Assembly (NCBI GenBank): GCA_046735395.1
Contig: JBJKQR010000030.1
Location: forward strand, 1-12,900
Direction: 5' to 3'
Origin: Fidelibacterota bacterium
GTDB lineage: Bacteria; Fidelibacterota; Fidelibacteria; Fidelibacterales; DSDE01
DNA: 12,900 nt
How positions within the stretch are numbered: the stretch's first letter is position 1; every line of letters begins with the position of its first letter. The position numbers were made by a program, and so were the translations under genes. The notes under the pieces are model-generated. The model did no database searches, had not been told where the DNA came from, and worked only from the letters and a program-made list of their open reading frames with translations. Shown piece by piece: positions 1 to 7,649 of this stretch.

Positions 1-659
1 TCCAGCCTGTCCATGGAATCGGGAAGATGGATATTACGGAGCGCAGTTCCGTAGGACATGAGGCCAGTGGCTGAAACCAGGCTATCGGGTATCATATCCC
101 GGGGCGGATCCCAGCCTTTGTCGAACATATCTGAAAAGATCCGGCGGAAGAGCCGGCTGGAAAATCCCGCTTCCCGGAGCGCCTGGGTCAGCGGGTATAC
201 GGGAATAATCCGGCCCGTATTCAGATTTTCCCGGTTTCCGGCCAGTATGTCAAAATCCGGGTGGCTGATCACCGGCCCCTGAAAGAATGAGACCTTCCCG
301 CTGACTGACAGATAATCTCCCTGCTCAAAGGCCTTCTGAAGCCAGCGTACGCCCTTGAACCAGGTCAGTGTGAGCATTCCGGTCTCGTCTCCGATCACCA
401 CCTTCAGGATGGGCTGGCGTCGCGTCTTCTGCAGGCGTATCTGCCGCACATGGCCGGCGACTGTCACGTCCTCACCCACGGCAAGGGAGCCGATGCTCCG
501 GATCCGGCTCCGGTCCAGATAGGTCCGGGGATAATAGTGAAGAAGGTCCTGAAGAGAATGCAGACCATGTTCCTCCAGAACGGATGCGCGCCGGGGGCCA
601 ATACCCCGGACGAGTGCCAGGGGTGATGGAGTCTCAGGTCTTGCTTGCTTATCCGTCAT
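1..659 (-). CDS. recG: ATP-dependent DNA helicase RecG, N-terminal (wedge/OB) part; continues beyond the window start
   Basis: Not in the ORF track; translated by hand from ATG at 659 and open to the window edge: MTDKQARPETPSPLALVRGIGPRRASVLEEHGLHSLQDLLHYYPRTYLDRS...VIGDETGMLTLTWFKG...HPDFD...GRIIPVYPLT...ALRNIHLP. GIGP, DLLxYYPRxY, IIPVYPLT and ALxxIHxP are typical RecG N-terminal motifs. Confidence 0.93.
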   Translation of the reverse strand, partial: MTDKQARPETPSPLALVRGIGPRRASVLEEHGLHSLQDLLHYYPRTYLDRSRIRSIGSLAVGEDVTVAGHVRQIRLQKTRRQPILKVVIGDETGMLTLTWFKGVRWLQKAFEQGDYLSVSGKVSFFQGPVISHPDFDILAGNRENLNTGRIIPVYPLTQALREAGFSSRLFRRIFSDMFDKGWDPPRDMIPDSLVSATGLMSYGTALRNIHLPDSMDRL

Positions 660-671
660 AGGCCGGAGAGA

Positions 672-2297
672 TTATGATTCCGACAATGTAAGATACTCGG
701 AGATGGCCTCTCTGAGCTTTTCGGTCGTGAAGGGTTTGAAGAGCAGACTGCTGATGCCTGCCTGGTAGGCTGATTCCGTGTCCTGCACATCATTCTGGGT
801 GGTCACCATGATGATGGGAAGTGTTTCGGCATCAAAGGTCTTTCTCAGAGTTTCCGTCAGTTCAATTCCATTGATTCCCGGCATATTCATATCGGTCAGA
901 ACCAGATCGGGCTTTTCGTTCCGGATCCACTCAATAGCGGATTCGGGAAATTCAAAGAGCACCGGGTCAAAACCCAGAGTGTGCAGGCTGTTTTTATAAA
1001 TATTCAGAAGCATCCGGCTGTCATCCACGGCGCAGATCTTATATCTGGCCTTTTTCCTCTCCGTGTGGAAATGAACTTTTTTCAGGAGTTCCGTATCCTG
1101 CTGTTCACTCAGAATCTGAATATAATGAGCCTGAATATCCCGGTGAGTCCCGGGCAGATACTGTACAAGGAAATCTCTGAATTTTGTTTCGGACAGAACC
1201 CCGATGAAGATTTTCTCCACAGTGGCATCGATAATGGTTTTACAGATTTTTTCCGAAGATTCATCATTTTCCCGGATGAGATTCCGGATACCGGCAGCCA
1301 GAATTTCGGTAAAATTGCTGTCAATGGCTTTCGCGGCGGCCACCGCTACCGCTTCCTCCGGATCCTGCAGCCCGTGTATGAGCATGAAGGCGCCCTTATT
1401 CAGGGGCAGATTGGCCAGGGCCTCATAGGCGGCAAAGCGGACATTGGCATTGCGGGGCTCGCCATACAGCAGTTTGCGGATGGGCCGGATCACACTGTCA
1501 TCCCCGATTTCACCCAGAATATTCAGGGTATGAATCAGCAGATCCGGATCGTCATACAGCAGATTATCCAGCAGAACCGGAATGGATTTAGCGCCGATCT
1601 TAACCAGGTGATCCTTGGCGAAATTCCGGAGATGGGCATGGTGGGATGAAATGTTTTCATTCAGTTTTTCCAGGGAAATGTGATCCTGTACCCGCGAGAA
1701 GACCTGCAGAATGAGCAGATCTATGCTCACATCCGTTCCCATGCGCTCAGCCAGCCGGCGCATTGCCGTGGGCGTTCCGATCAGTCCCAGTGACTGAACA
1801 GCCGTCATGATCAGATCCCTTTCTCCGGAAAAGAGATATTCGCTCACCGTATTCACCACCTGTGGATCGCCGATGGATCCGAAGGTTTTCAGGACCTGCA
1901 GTATCACATCCTTATCCTCCGTGCGCCGCAGAAGATCCTGCAGGATGGGCAGCGCCTCCTCCATGCCGATCTCACCGGCCAGCTCGATAAACTGACTTTT
2001 ATCCCGGATGGAATCATCCGAGAGAAAGCGCCGCAGAATGTCCGGGGATTCGAGCAGTTTCGCCACAAGGGTTTCCCGGATCTGAGGCATGGACTTGCAC
2101 TCTTCCGGACAGATGGCCAGCAGTATGGATATGACGGATACGGTAAAATTACTGTCCCCTTTGAACAGTTCAAACAGGATTCTGTTCTGGGTCTTTTCAT
2201 CAAATTCCGGAAATGATTCCATCACAACGCGCGCCTTGATGAAATCATTCCGGCTTACGCTGTGTTTGATTTCCTCAATGATATGTTCAGGATTCAT
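672..2297 (-). CDS. HEAT-repeat protein with C-terminal CheY-like receiver domain (response regulator)
   Basis: 541 aa ORF. Repeated helical PBS-lyase/HEAT-like units (LAGEIGMEEALPIL, LGLIGTPTAMRRL, LGEIGDDSVIRPI, NVRFAAYEALA). The C-terminal REC domain has AVDDS, DLVLTDMNMPG (phospho-acceptor Asp), IIMVTT and FKPF. Confidence 0.88.
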   Translation of the reverse strand: MNPEHIIEEIKHSVSRNDFIKARVVMESFPEFDEKTQNRILFELFKGDSNFTVSVISILLAICPEECKSMPQIRETLVAKLLESPDILRRFLSDDSIRDKSQFIELAGEIGMEEALPILQDLLRRTEDKDVILQVLKTFGSIGDPQVVNTVSEYLFSGERDLIMTAVQSLGLIGTPTAMRRLAERMGTDVSIDLLILQVFSRVQDHISLEKLNENISSHHAHLRNFAKDHLVKIGAKSIPVLLDNLLYDDPDLLIHTLNILGEIGDDSVIRPIRKLLYGEPRNANVRFAAYEALANLPLNKGAFMLIHGLQDPEEAVAVAAAKAIDSNFTEILAAGIRNLIRENDESSEKICKTIIDATVEKIFIGVLSETKFRDFLVQYLPGTHRDIQAHYIQILSEQQDTELLKKVHFHTERKKARYKICAVDDSRMLLNIYKNSLHTLGFDPVLFEFPESAIEWIRNEKPDLVLTDMNMPGINGIELTETLRKTFDAETLPIIMVTTQNDVQDTESAYQAGISSLLFKPFTTEKLREAISEYLTLSES

Positions 2298-2342
2298 TCT
2301 TCGTGTCCTTTATTCGCTGCGGGAATTTCCCTTATCATTTGT

Positions 2343-3605
2343 TCAGGTCTTCTGTTTCTTCTTTTTCGCTGCCGGAAAGAGAATATTATTGAGAATAAGG
2401 CGGTATCCGGGGCTGTTCCGGTGCAGCTCCAGATTGGTGGGCGGATCACCGACGAAATGCCGGTAGTCCTCCGGATCATGCCCGCCGTAAAAGGTAAAGG
2501 TTCCCTTGCCGTAATTTCCGTGGATGTAGCGCACCCGGTCCGTATTTTCCGTTTCACCCATGATGATGACATGTTTTTTGATAAAATTCCTGTCAAATCC
2601 GGTTGTCTGTCCCATGAAGCCTTTAATCAGCGTGCTGTGATTCTGCGTCAGCATGGTGGGAACCGGATCCCATTTGGCGGAAAATTCGAAAAGCGAGAAA
2701 TAATCCGTCGCGGCGTTGAGCGTCAGAGGCTTATCGCTGGGCGGGATGTCGATGTCCGAATATTCATAACGGTTGGGATCGGGATAGATGGTAAATTTTT
2801 CAAAGGCCAGGGTCTGGGAATAATCCAGTTTCTCTGCAAAATCCGCATCGATGCCGTCACCGTCAAAGGGCGCAGCCACAGCATCCACATTCAGAGTAGC
2901 CAGGGCAATATCATAGCTGTCCGTGGCGGAACACATGGCAAACATGAACCCGCCTCCGGCCACGTAATCCCGAATTTTCAGGGCAACCGCCCGCTTTTCC
3001 AGTGAAACCTTTCCATAGCCCAGCGAAGCGGCCAGCGCTTCCTGAGTTTTCTGGTCCGTAATATACCAGGCCGCGTTGCGGTAGGATCGATAAAACTTCC
3101 CGTACTGACCTGTAAAATCCTCGTGATGGAGGTGCAGCCAGTCGTAGTCCGCCAGCCGGCCCTGCAGAACTTCCGTGTCGTAGATGACCGTGTAGGGGAT
3201 TTCCGCATAGGTGAGCACCAGCGTCACCGCATCATCCCAGGGAAGTTTGGACGGGGGCGAATAAACGGCGATTTTGGGAGCCTTTTCAAGGAGAATATGA
3301 TCCATATTATTATCTTCAATGACGGCAAGGATCTGTGTGTACTGCGCATCATCAATCGTCGTGAATGTCACATTCCGCAGCAGGCAGTCCCGGCGGATGA
3401 CGTCATAGTCATCCATGACAAAGGAGCCGCCGCGATAATTGAGGAGCCATTCCACCCTGATATCCCGCTTGAGCGTGGAAAAAGCAATGCCATAGGCTTT
3501 CAGATGATCGTTCTGCGCGGTGTCCATGGGAATCAGAATTCGTCCCAAAAGTGGCGAAACGCCAAGCAACAGAGCAAAGAGCAGGGTTTTCGAATGTAAA
3601 AACAT
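2343..3605 (-). CDS. Secreted conserved FCB-group protein of the family usually labelled 'asparagine synthetase B' (probably a misnomer; GATase-like fold, function unknown)
   Basis: The likely start is ATG at 3605 (MFLHSKTLLFALLLGVSPLLG, signal-peptide-like) rather than the track start at 3707. Family motifs: ILIPMDxxQxxHLKAYG, WLLNYRGGSF, PWDDAVTLVLTYAEIPY, WLHLHHEDFTGQYGKFY, FAMCSATDSYDIAL, GGHDPEDY, SPGYRLILNNILFPAA. Confidence 0.8.
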   Translation of the reverse strand: MFLHSKTLLFALLLGVSPLLGRILIPMDTAQNDHLKAYGIAFSTLKRDIRVEWLLNYRGGSFVMDDYDVIRRDCLLRNVTFTTIDDAQYTQILAVIEDNNMDHILLEKAPKIAVYSPPSKLPWDDAVTLVLTYAEIPYTVIYDTEVLQGRLADYDWLHLHHEDFTGQYGKFYRSYRNAAWYITDQKTQEALAASLGYGKVSLEKRAVALKIRDYVAGGGFMFAMCSATDSYDIALATLNVDAVAAPFDGDGIDADFAEKLDYSQTLAFEKFTIYPDPNRYEYSDIDIPPSDKPLTLNAATDYFSLFEFSAKWDPVPTMLTQNHSTLIKGFMGQTTGFDRNFIKKHVIIMGETENTDRVRYIHGNYGKGTFTFYGGHDPEDYRHFVGDPPTNLELHRNSPGYRLILNNILFPAAKKKKQKT

Positions 3606-3646
3606 GAACGAAAAATCCACAATTACCGGCAGATTAGCAAGATAAT

Positions 3647-3714
3647 AATTCCTGAGGCCAGGCCTGAAGTGAGCGGGGACAAACCTTCTCGGGCCTGGCC
3701 CCCCCAATTCCTGA
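3647..3714. repeat. GC-rich inverted repeat (hairpin) bracketed by a 9-bp direct repeat
   Basis: GGCCAGGCC (3656-3664) pairs with GGCCTGGCC (3692-3700). AATTCCTGA occurs at both 3647-3655 and 3706-3714. Confidence 0.6.
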
Positions 3715-3770
3715 TTGAAAAGGATGGATGATGAATTCCCGTGATCAGGTTCCCGGACTGTATCCGAATA

Positions 3771-6089
3771 TTATAATTTCACTTCCAGGCTGACGAAGGC
3801 ATTCCGGGTCGCAGCGGGCCAGTAATAGGCATCCGTGCCCCAGGTGGCGCCATAGCTTGAGTACAGGGCGTCAAGGAGATTATTCACATGGATTCCGAGA
3901 GCCAGCTGTTTATAGTCAAAACTTGCGCTGATATCGTGGATGACCCGCGAATCGATAAAGGCGCTGTTTTCGCTGTCGATGGCCTGTCGGCCGAGAAGCC
4001 GCGTGTACCAGGCAACATTCAGGTTTTTCAGGGCCTGCCAGCTCAAGCTCAGATTCGCGAGCTGCTCAGGTATATTCGGAAGCAGCTTCCCGTCATTGAC
4101 ACCGCCTTTATAGCGGGCGTCCGTCATGCTGTAATTCATGTCGGCTCTCAGGCCGTGAATGACCGTCCATGCCGCTTCCACTTCCAGGCCCTGATGCGCC
4201 GTGGCATCGGCCGTCTCGTACAGATATTCCCCATTCCGGTTCACATCGATTTTCTTTACCTGTTCATTCCGGAAATTCATCGGGTAGAGTTTGGCGTGCA
4301 GCGACCAGGTTTTATGAAGGCTCTTTACTCCGAATTCTATATCCTCCACCCTTTCGGCGGCGGCATTCCGGGGTTCGGAAAACATATCATCCGCATTGAT
4401 CATCGTATCATCGGTCGGTTCCTTTCGGGACTGCCCCCAGTAGCAGAATATCCGGTTTGCCTCGTCTATGTGGCGGATCAGGCCGATTCTCGGGTTGAAA
4501 AAGAACCAGTCGGTGGACAGCTTATAGCCCGCCGCGTGGCCGATGGGCGACTGCTTCAGGATCCAGCTGTGGCTGATGGTCTGCAGGTCCAGCAGGACAT
4601 GCGTCAGGGCCCCGGCTTTCAGATTCAGCCGGCTGAAGCCGGAGATGGTGGTTTTATCGGAAACGTAACGGTAAAAGCGCCACAGGTCACCGGACAGGGC
4701 CGACCTTATGGCCGAATCGGACACGGCGAAGGCCTCACCGAAATGGTCGCCGTGATAGCGGCGGATTTCAGCTCCGCCGTCCCAGCGAAAGGCGTCGGTC
4801 TTCCAGGTGAGCACCGGGATGATTCCCGAGTAACTGTTCTGAATCCAGCGCCGTTCCGTCAGATCCGTGAAGGTCTGCATCTCCAGAGAATCGCTGAAGC
4901 GGTCGGCAATATCCAGATTGTAGGAATACATGTCGGCATCATAGATCCGGGATTCATAATAGCCCGAACCCAGTACCGAATACAGCGTGGAGGTCAGCAG
5001 CAGATTGTCATTGAAGAGATATTTTGAATTCAGGGAATAAATCTGCTGGCGGAAATTGTCCAGAAAGGCATCGTAGCCGCTGCGGCGCAGGTCCCGGTCA
5101 TTGATGGAGGCCGCATCCACTCCCCACCAGGCCAGATGGGTCTTTTCATCGCCGATGAGCGCCCGGAAGCGGTTCTGAAATTTGCCCCGGTTCAGCTCCA
5201 CGCCGAAGAATCCGGCCGTCTGGTCGCTGTTATGAAAGTCCCGGTAGCCGTCCGACGTTTCCTTCGTGATACGGCCGGTCATGTAGAGGGACGATCCCAG
5301 TTTCGGGCCGCTTTTCCAGGATGCGCGGACCTTTTTCGTGTTGTAGGATCCGTAGCCGCTTTTGAGTGAAAATTCCGAATCATCGGAAGCGATCAGAGTC
5401 CGCACGTTCACACTGCCGCCGAAGGCCGAGGCGCCGTAGAGCGTGGACCCCACACCGCGCTGTATCTGCACATCGCTGGCATCACTGAGTATATCCGCAT
5501 GATCCACCCAGTACACCTGATGGCTCTCGTTGTCATTCAGGGAAATATTGTCCAGCAGCACGGCAATGCGTGACTGGTCGAAGCCCCGCAGGCTCAGATA
5601 GCTGTAGCCCGTTCCATTCCCGCTTTCGCTGTAGGCATAGACGCCCGGCGTCGCGGACAGGATCATGGGAACGTCCTCCACACTGTATCTCGCCCTGATC
5701 TCCTTAGCCGGCAGGTTGGAATAGCTTCCTGCCGAACTTTCCAGTCCGGCCCGGTTGACGGACACCACGATCTGATCCTGATCGAGAACGCGCTTGCTCA
5801 GGGTCAGGGCCCCGATCTCGTAGGAAGCGGGATGCAGGACGATGGGAGAATAGGAAATATGCGTGAACTCCACCTCACCCGGCAACGTATCGCAGTTCAG
5901 ATGAAAGACACCGTTCTGATCGCTGAAGGTTCCCACGCCCGTTCCGGGAATCTCGATATTCACGGCTGCCACACCTTTTCCGCTGTCCCGGTCAAGTAAT
6001 GTACCTGTCAGATCATGACTTAACATCGTGACCGGAAGCCCGAAAAGAACGCAAAAAACACAAAAACTGATAAAAGGCCTGATTTTCAT
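3771..6089 (-). CDS. TonB-dependent outer-membrane receptor, probably for thiamine or a thiamine precursor
   Basis: 772 aa: signal peptide, then an N-terminal carboxypeptidase-regulatory-like domain (LTGTLLDRDSG...GTFSDQNGVFHL), then a plug (DVPMILSATPGV...SLRGFDQSRIAVLLDNISLNDNESHQVYWVD...VQIQRGVGSTLYGASAFGGSVN), then a beta-barrel ending VNNLLDALY...RNAFVSLEVKL. The substrate is inferred from the adjacent TPP riboswitch. Confidence 0.9.
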   Translation of the reverse strand: MKIRPFISFCVFCVLFGLPVTMLSHDLTGTLLDRDSGKGVAAVNIEIPGTGVGTFSDQNGVFHLNCDTLPGEVEFTHISYSPIVLHPASYEIGALTLSKRVLDQDQIVVSVNRAGLESSAGSYSNLPAKEIRARYSVEDVPMILSATPGVYAYSESGNGTGYSYLSLRGFDQSRIAVLLDNISLNDNESHQVYWVDHADILSDASDVQIQRGVGSTLYGASAFGGSVNVRTLIASDDSEFSLKSGYGSYNTKKVRASWKSGPKLGSSLYMTGRITKETSDGYRDFHNSDQTAGFFGVELNRGKFQNRFRALIGDEKTHLAWWGVDAASINDRDLRRSGYDAFLDNFRQQIYSLNSKYLFNDNLLLTSTLYSVLGSGYYESRIYDADMYSYNLDIADRFSDSLEMQTFTDLTERRWIQNSYSGIIPVLTWKTDAFRWDGGAEIRRYHGDHFGEAFAVSDSAIRSALSGDLWRFYRYVSDKTTISGFSRLNLKAGALTHVLLDLQTISHSWILKQSPIGHAAGYKLSTDWFFFNPRIGLIRHIDEANRIFCYWGQSRKEPTDDTMINADDMFSEPRNAAAERVEDIEFGVKSLHKTWSLHAKLYPMNFRNEQVKKIDVNRNGEYLYETADATAHQGLEVEAAWTVIHGLRADMNYSMTDARYKGGVNDGKLLPNIPEQLANLSLSWQALKNLNVAWYTRLLGRQAIDSENSAFIDSRVIHDISASFDYKQLALGIHVNNLLDALYSSYGATWGTDAYYWPAATRNAFVSLEVKL

Positions 6090-6091
6090 TT

Positions 6092-6176
6092 TTTTCCTCC
6101 GCCGGCATTACCCGGATCAGGTTCTAAGGGTCTGTTCTCAGCATTCCTCCGTGTGGAGGACAGCACCCCTGTTTGC
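6092..6176 (-). ncRNA. TPP (thiamine pyrophosphate) riboswitch, THI element
   Basis: The minus strand reads AGGGGTGCTG-TCCTCC-ACAC-GGAGGA-ATGCTGAGAACAGACCCTTAGAACCTGATCCGGGTAATGCCGGCGGAGGAA. This contains the hallmark GGGGUGC, GCUGAGA, ACCC and ACCUGAUCxGGxUAAUGCCxGCGxAGG elements, directly upstream of the receptor ATG (6089). Confidence 0.93.
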
Positions 6177-6182
6177 TGGGCG

Positions 6183-6211
6183 AAATTACAGTCGTCAGGC
6201 CCAAAGATCAA
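6183..6211 (-). promoter_or_regulatory. Putative sigma70-type promoter for the riboswitch-receptor transcript
   Basis: Minus strand TTGATC (6211-6206), 17-bp spacer, TAATTT (6188-6183). The predicted start site falls a few nt before the riboswitch. Confidence 0.6.
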
Positions 6212-6456
6212 GCGAAATGTAGGGGCAGATCCTCACCCCTTCCTGCGGGAGAGTGACAGGTATGCGGATGCCTTTGAGAGGGAAATGGGATTTATGGCGG
6301 GGAGTGGAATGAATATGTATTGCCTCAGGCTACAGCGGTTTTCCGACCACTGACCAAAGCAGCGATATACACTTCTGTCCTTCCATTCACTATTCAGAAT
6401 CCTCCTGACCCGCTGTGAGTCAGCCGGCTCTCCCCGCAGGGCGGGACAAGGCTATG

Positions 6457-7503
6457 TTAATAACCAGTAAAATTGATTTCATCTCTATTTATTTTGTATT
6501 TAGCACATTCCCGCGCCTGACTTGATTTATACTGCTGTCGATCAATCTTACAGAATATGTTAGAGTTTGAAGAATACCCTCTCGCACTTCCAGAATATTT
6601 GCAAAGGAAACAATTTTTTACATCAACACCAGCTCTAACCGCATCACGGAGATTATCCATAAAATAACGGCCGTGATCTAGTCGCTCTATACTGCCGTCT
6701 GTATGCCATGAGCTCACTATAGAAAAATTAAACCACTGATATTTCCCTTTAATTTTACTCTGTGCATTCTCGATATCTCGAAGTGCTCCAGAAAACTGAT
6801 ATGCCAGTCCTGATTCATAAACAACAAAACCTAAGTATGGACGTTTATCGCATTCGCAATCATGATCAGTGATGTATTGAGGATTGATGTGGAAATTTAG
6901 AAAGGTCGCATCCTCATCTGACAACTTATGATTTTTAAATTTTTCGACATCCCCTTCTGCATTGATAGGAATCTCAATGGTCCTGAAACCTGAAGTTTTT
7001 TTCTCTTCAGATGCAAAATGAGTCACTGCAATTTCAATGAATAGCGGTGGAATCTTATCGTCTTCACTCATTAATAGAATATCAGGTATAAAGTTTTCAT
7101 AAGATTTTTCAACTTCAATACTGGTATAATATTCTGTAAGGTCAAATTCATGAATTTGAGAGCCTAAATAGCATGAATGACCGAGAACATTGCAATACTT
7201 CTTGCAGTATTTCGAATTTGGGACTGAAATGGTAAACGCCTCACCAATTTGAAGGCACTTTGCAAATTCATCCGCGAATACAAGTTTACCTAATTTGTGG
7301 AGATAGGATTCACTTCTGCAAGGTCGATCCAATCCTGGAGAGTGAGCAAAATGCTTCTCCATTTTATCGTCTTTTGTTTTCGCAATTAATTTTCCCCCAC
7401 ATCCTATGCAGGTGTAATCATCAGCCAACAGCGATCTATCGGATGGCAAATCCTTGACATCAACCTTGACTCCTTTGGATATCGCATATCTGTATGTAGC
7501 CAT
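6457..7503 (-). CDS. CoiA-like protein (N-terminal zinc ribbon + PD-(D/E)xK nuclease + C-terminal Cys cluster); cassette 4
   Basis: 348 aa. YTCIGCGG...KHFAH...CRSESYLHKLGK (CoiA-type N-terminus), EVEK...FIPDILL...FIEIAVTH (E-PD-ExxxxH nuclease core), NCFLCKY...FC...C. An SD-like AGGA precedes the ATG, just after the R' core GTTAGAA. Confidence 0.75.
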   Translation of the reverse strand: MATYRYAISKGVKVDVKDLPSDRSLLADDYTCIGCGGKLIAKTKDDKMEKHFAHSPGLDRPCRSESYLHKLGKLVFADEFAKCLQIGEAFTISVPNSKYCKKYCNVLGHSCYLGSQIHEFDLTEYYTSIEVEKSYENFIPDILLMSEDDKIPPLFIEIAVTHFASEEKKTSGFRTIEIPINAEGDVEKFKNHKLSDEDATFLNFHINPQYITDHDCECDKRPYLGFVVYESGLAYQFSGALRDIENAQSKIKGKYQWFNFSIVSSWHTDGSIERLDHGRYFMDNLRDAVRAGVDVKNCFLCKYSGSARGYSSNSNIFCKIDRQQYKSSQARECAKYKINRDEINFTGY

Positions 7504-7518
7504 TATATCCTACTGTGT

Positions 7519-7644
7519 TTCTAACGGCTGAGCTAAACGGTAACTCAACCATTTCCTTTTATCTTTATGTTTTCGATATTCTTTCAACTTTTCTAAAAAC
7601 CCGTAAGTTCTCTATATTACGTCCACTGAAGCGATTTGTTAACT
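7519..7644 (-). mobile_element. attC-like recombination site (126 bp, degenerate, long AT-rich centre)
   Basis: Minus strand: R'' AGTTAAC, AAATC, L'' GCTTCAGT(GGAC) ... (CCG)TTTAGC, TCAGCC, R' GTTAGAA. It begins 5 nt after the stop of 7650..8921 and ends 15 nt before the next ATG. Confidence 0.7.
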
Positions 7645-7649
7645 AATAT

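Noticed and set aside
32..46. 15-bp exact match TATTACGGAGCGCAG shared between recG (32-46) and the attC at 10880-10894
   Set aside because: The recG copy is ordinary coding sequence (ALRNI). A single 15-mer match in 12.9 kb is plausible by chance, and there is no flanking similarity.
3606..3707. N-terminal extension of the 454 aa ORF (track start 3707)
   Set aside because: It runs through an intergenic hairpin. ATG 3605 gives a signal peptide directly before the conserved ILIPMD motif.
58..5369. Plus-strand ORFs 58..282, 778..999, 981..1649, 1204..1428, 1807..1995, 2089..2466, 2262..3005, 3123..3599, 3888..5027, 4169..4399, 5136..5369 and short out-of-frame minus ORFs
   Set aside because: They are antisense or out-of-frame shadows of well-supported minus-strand genes in GC-rich DNA and have no recognisable motifs.
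6028..6353. Plus-strand ORFs 6028..6222 and 6153..6353
   Set aside because: They overlap the TPP riboswitch and promoter on the opposite strand and have no protein-like features.
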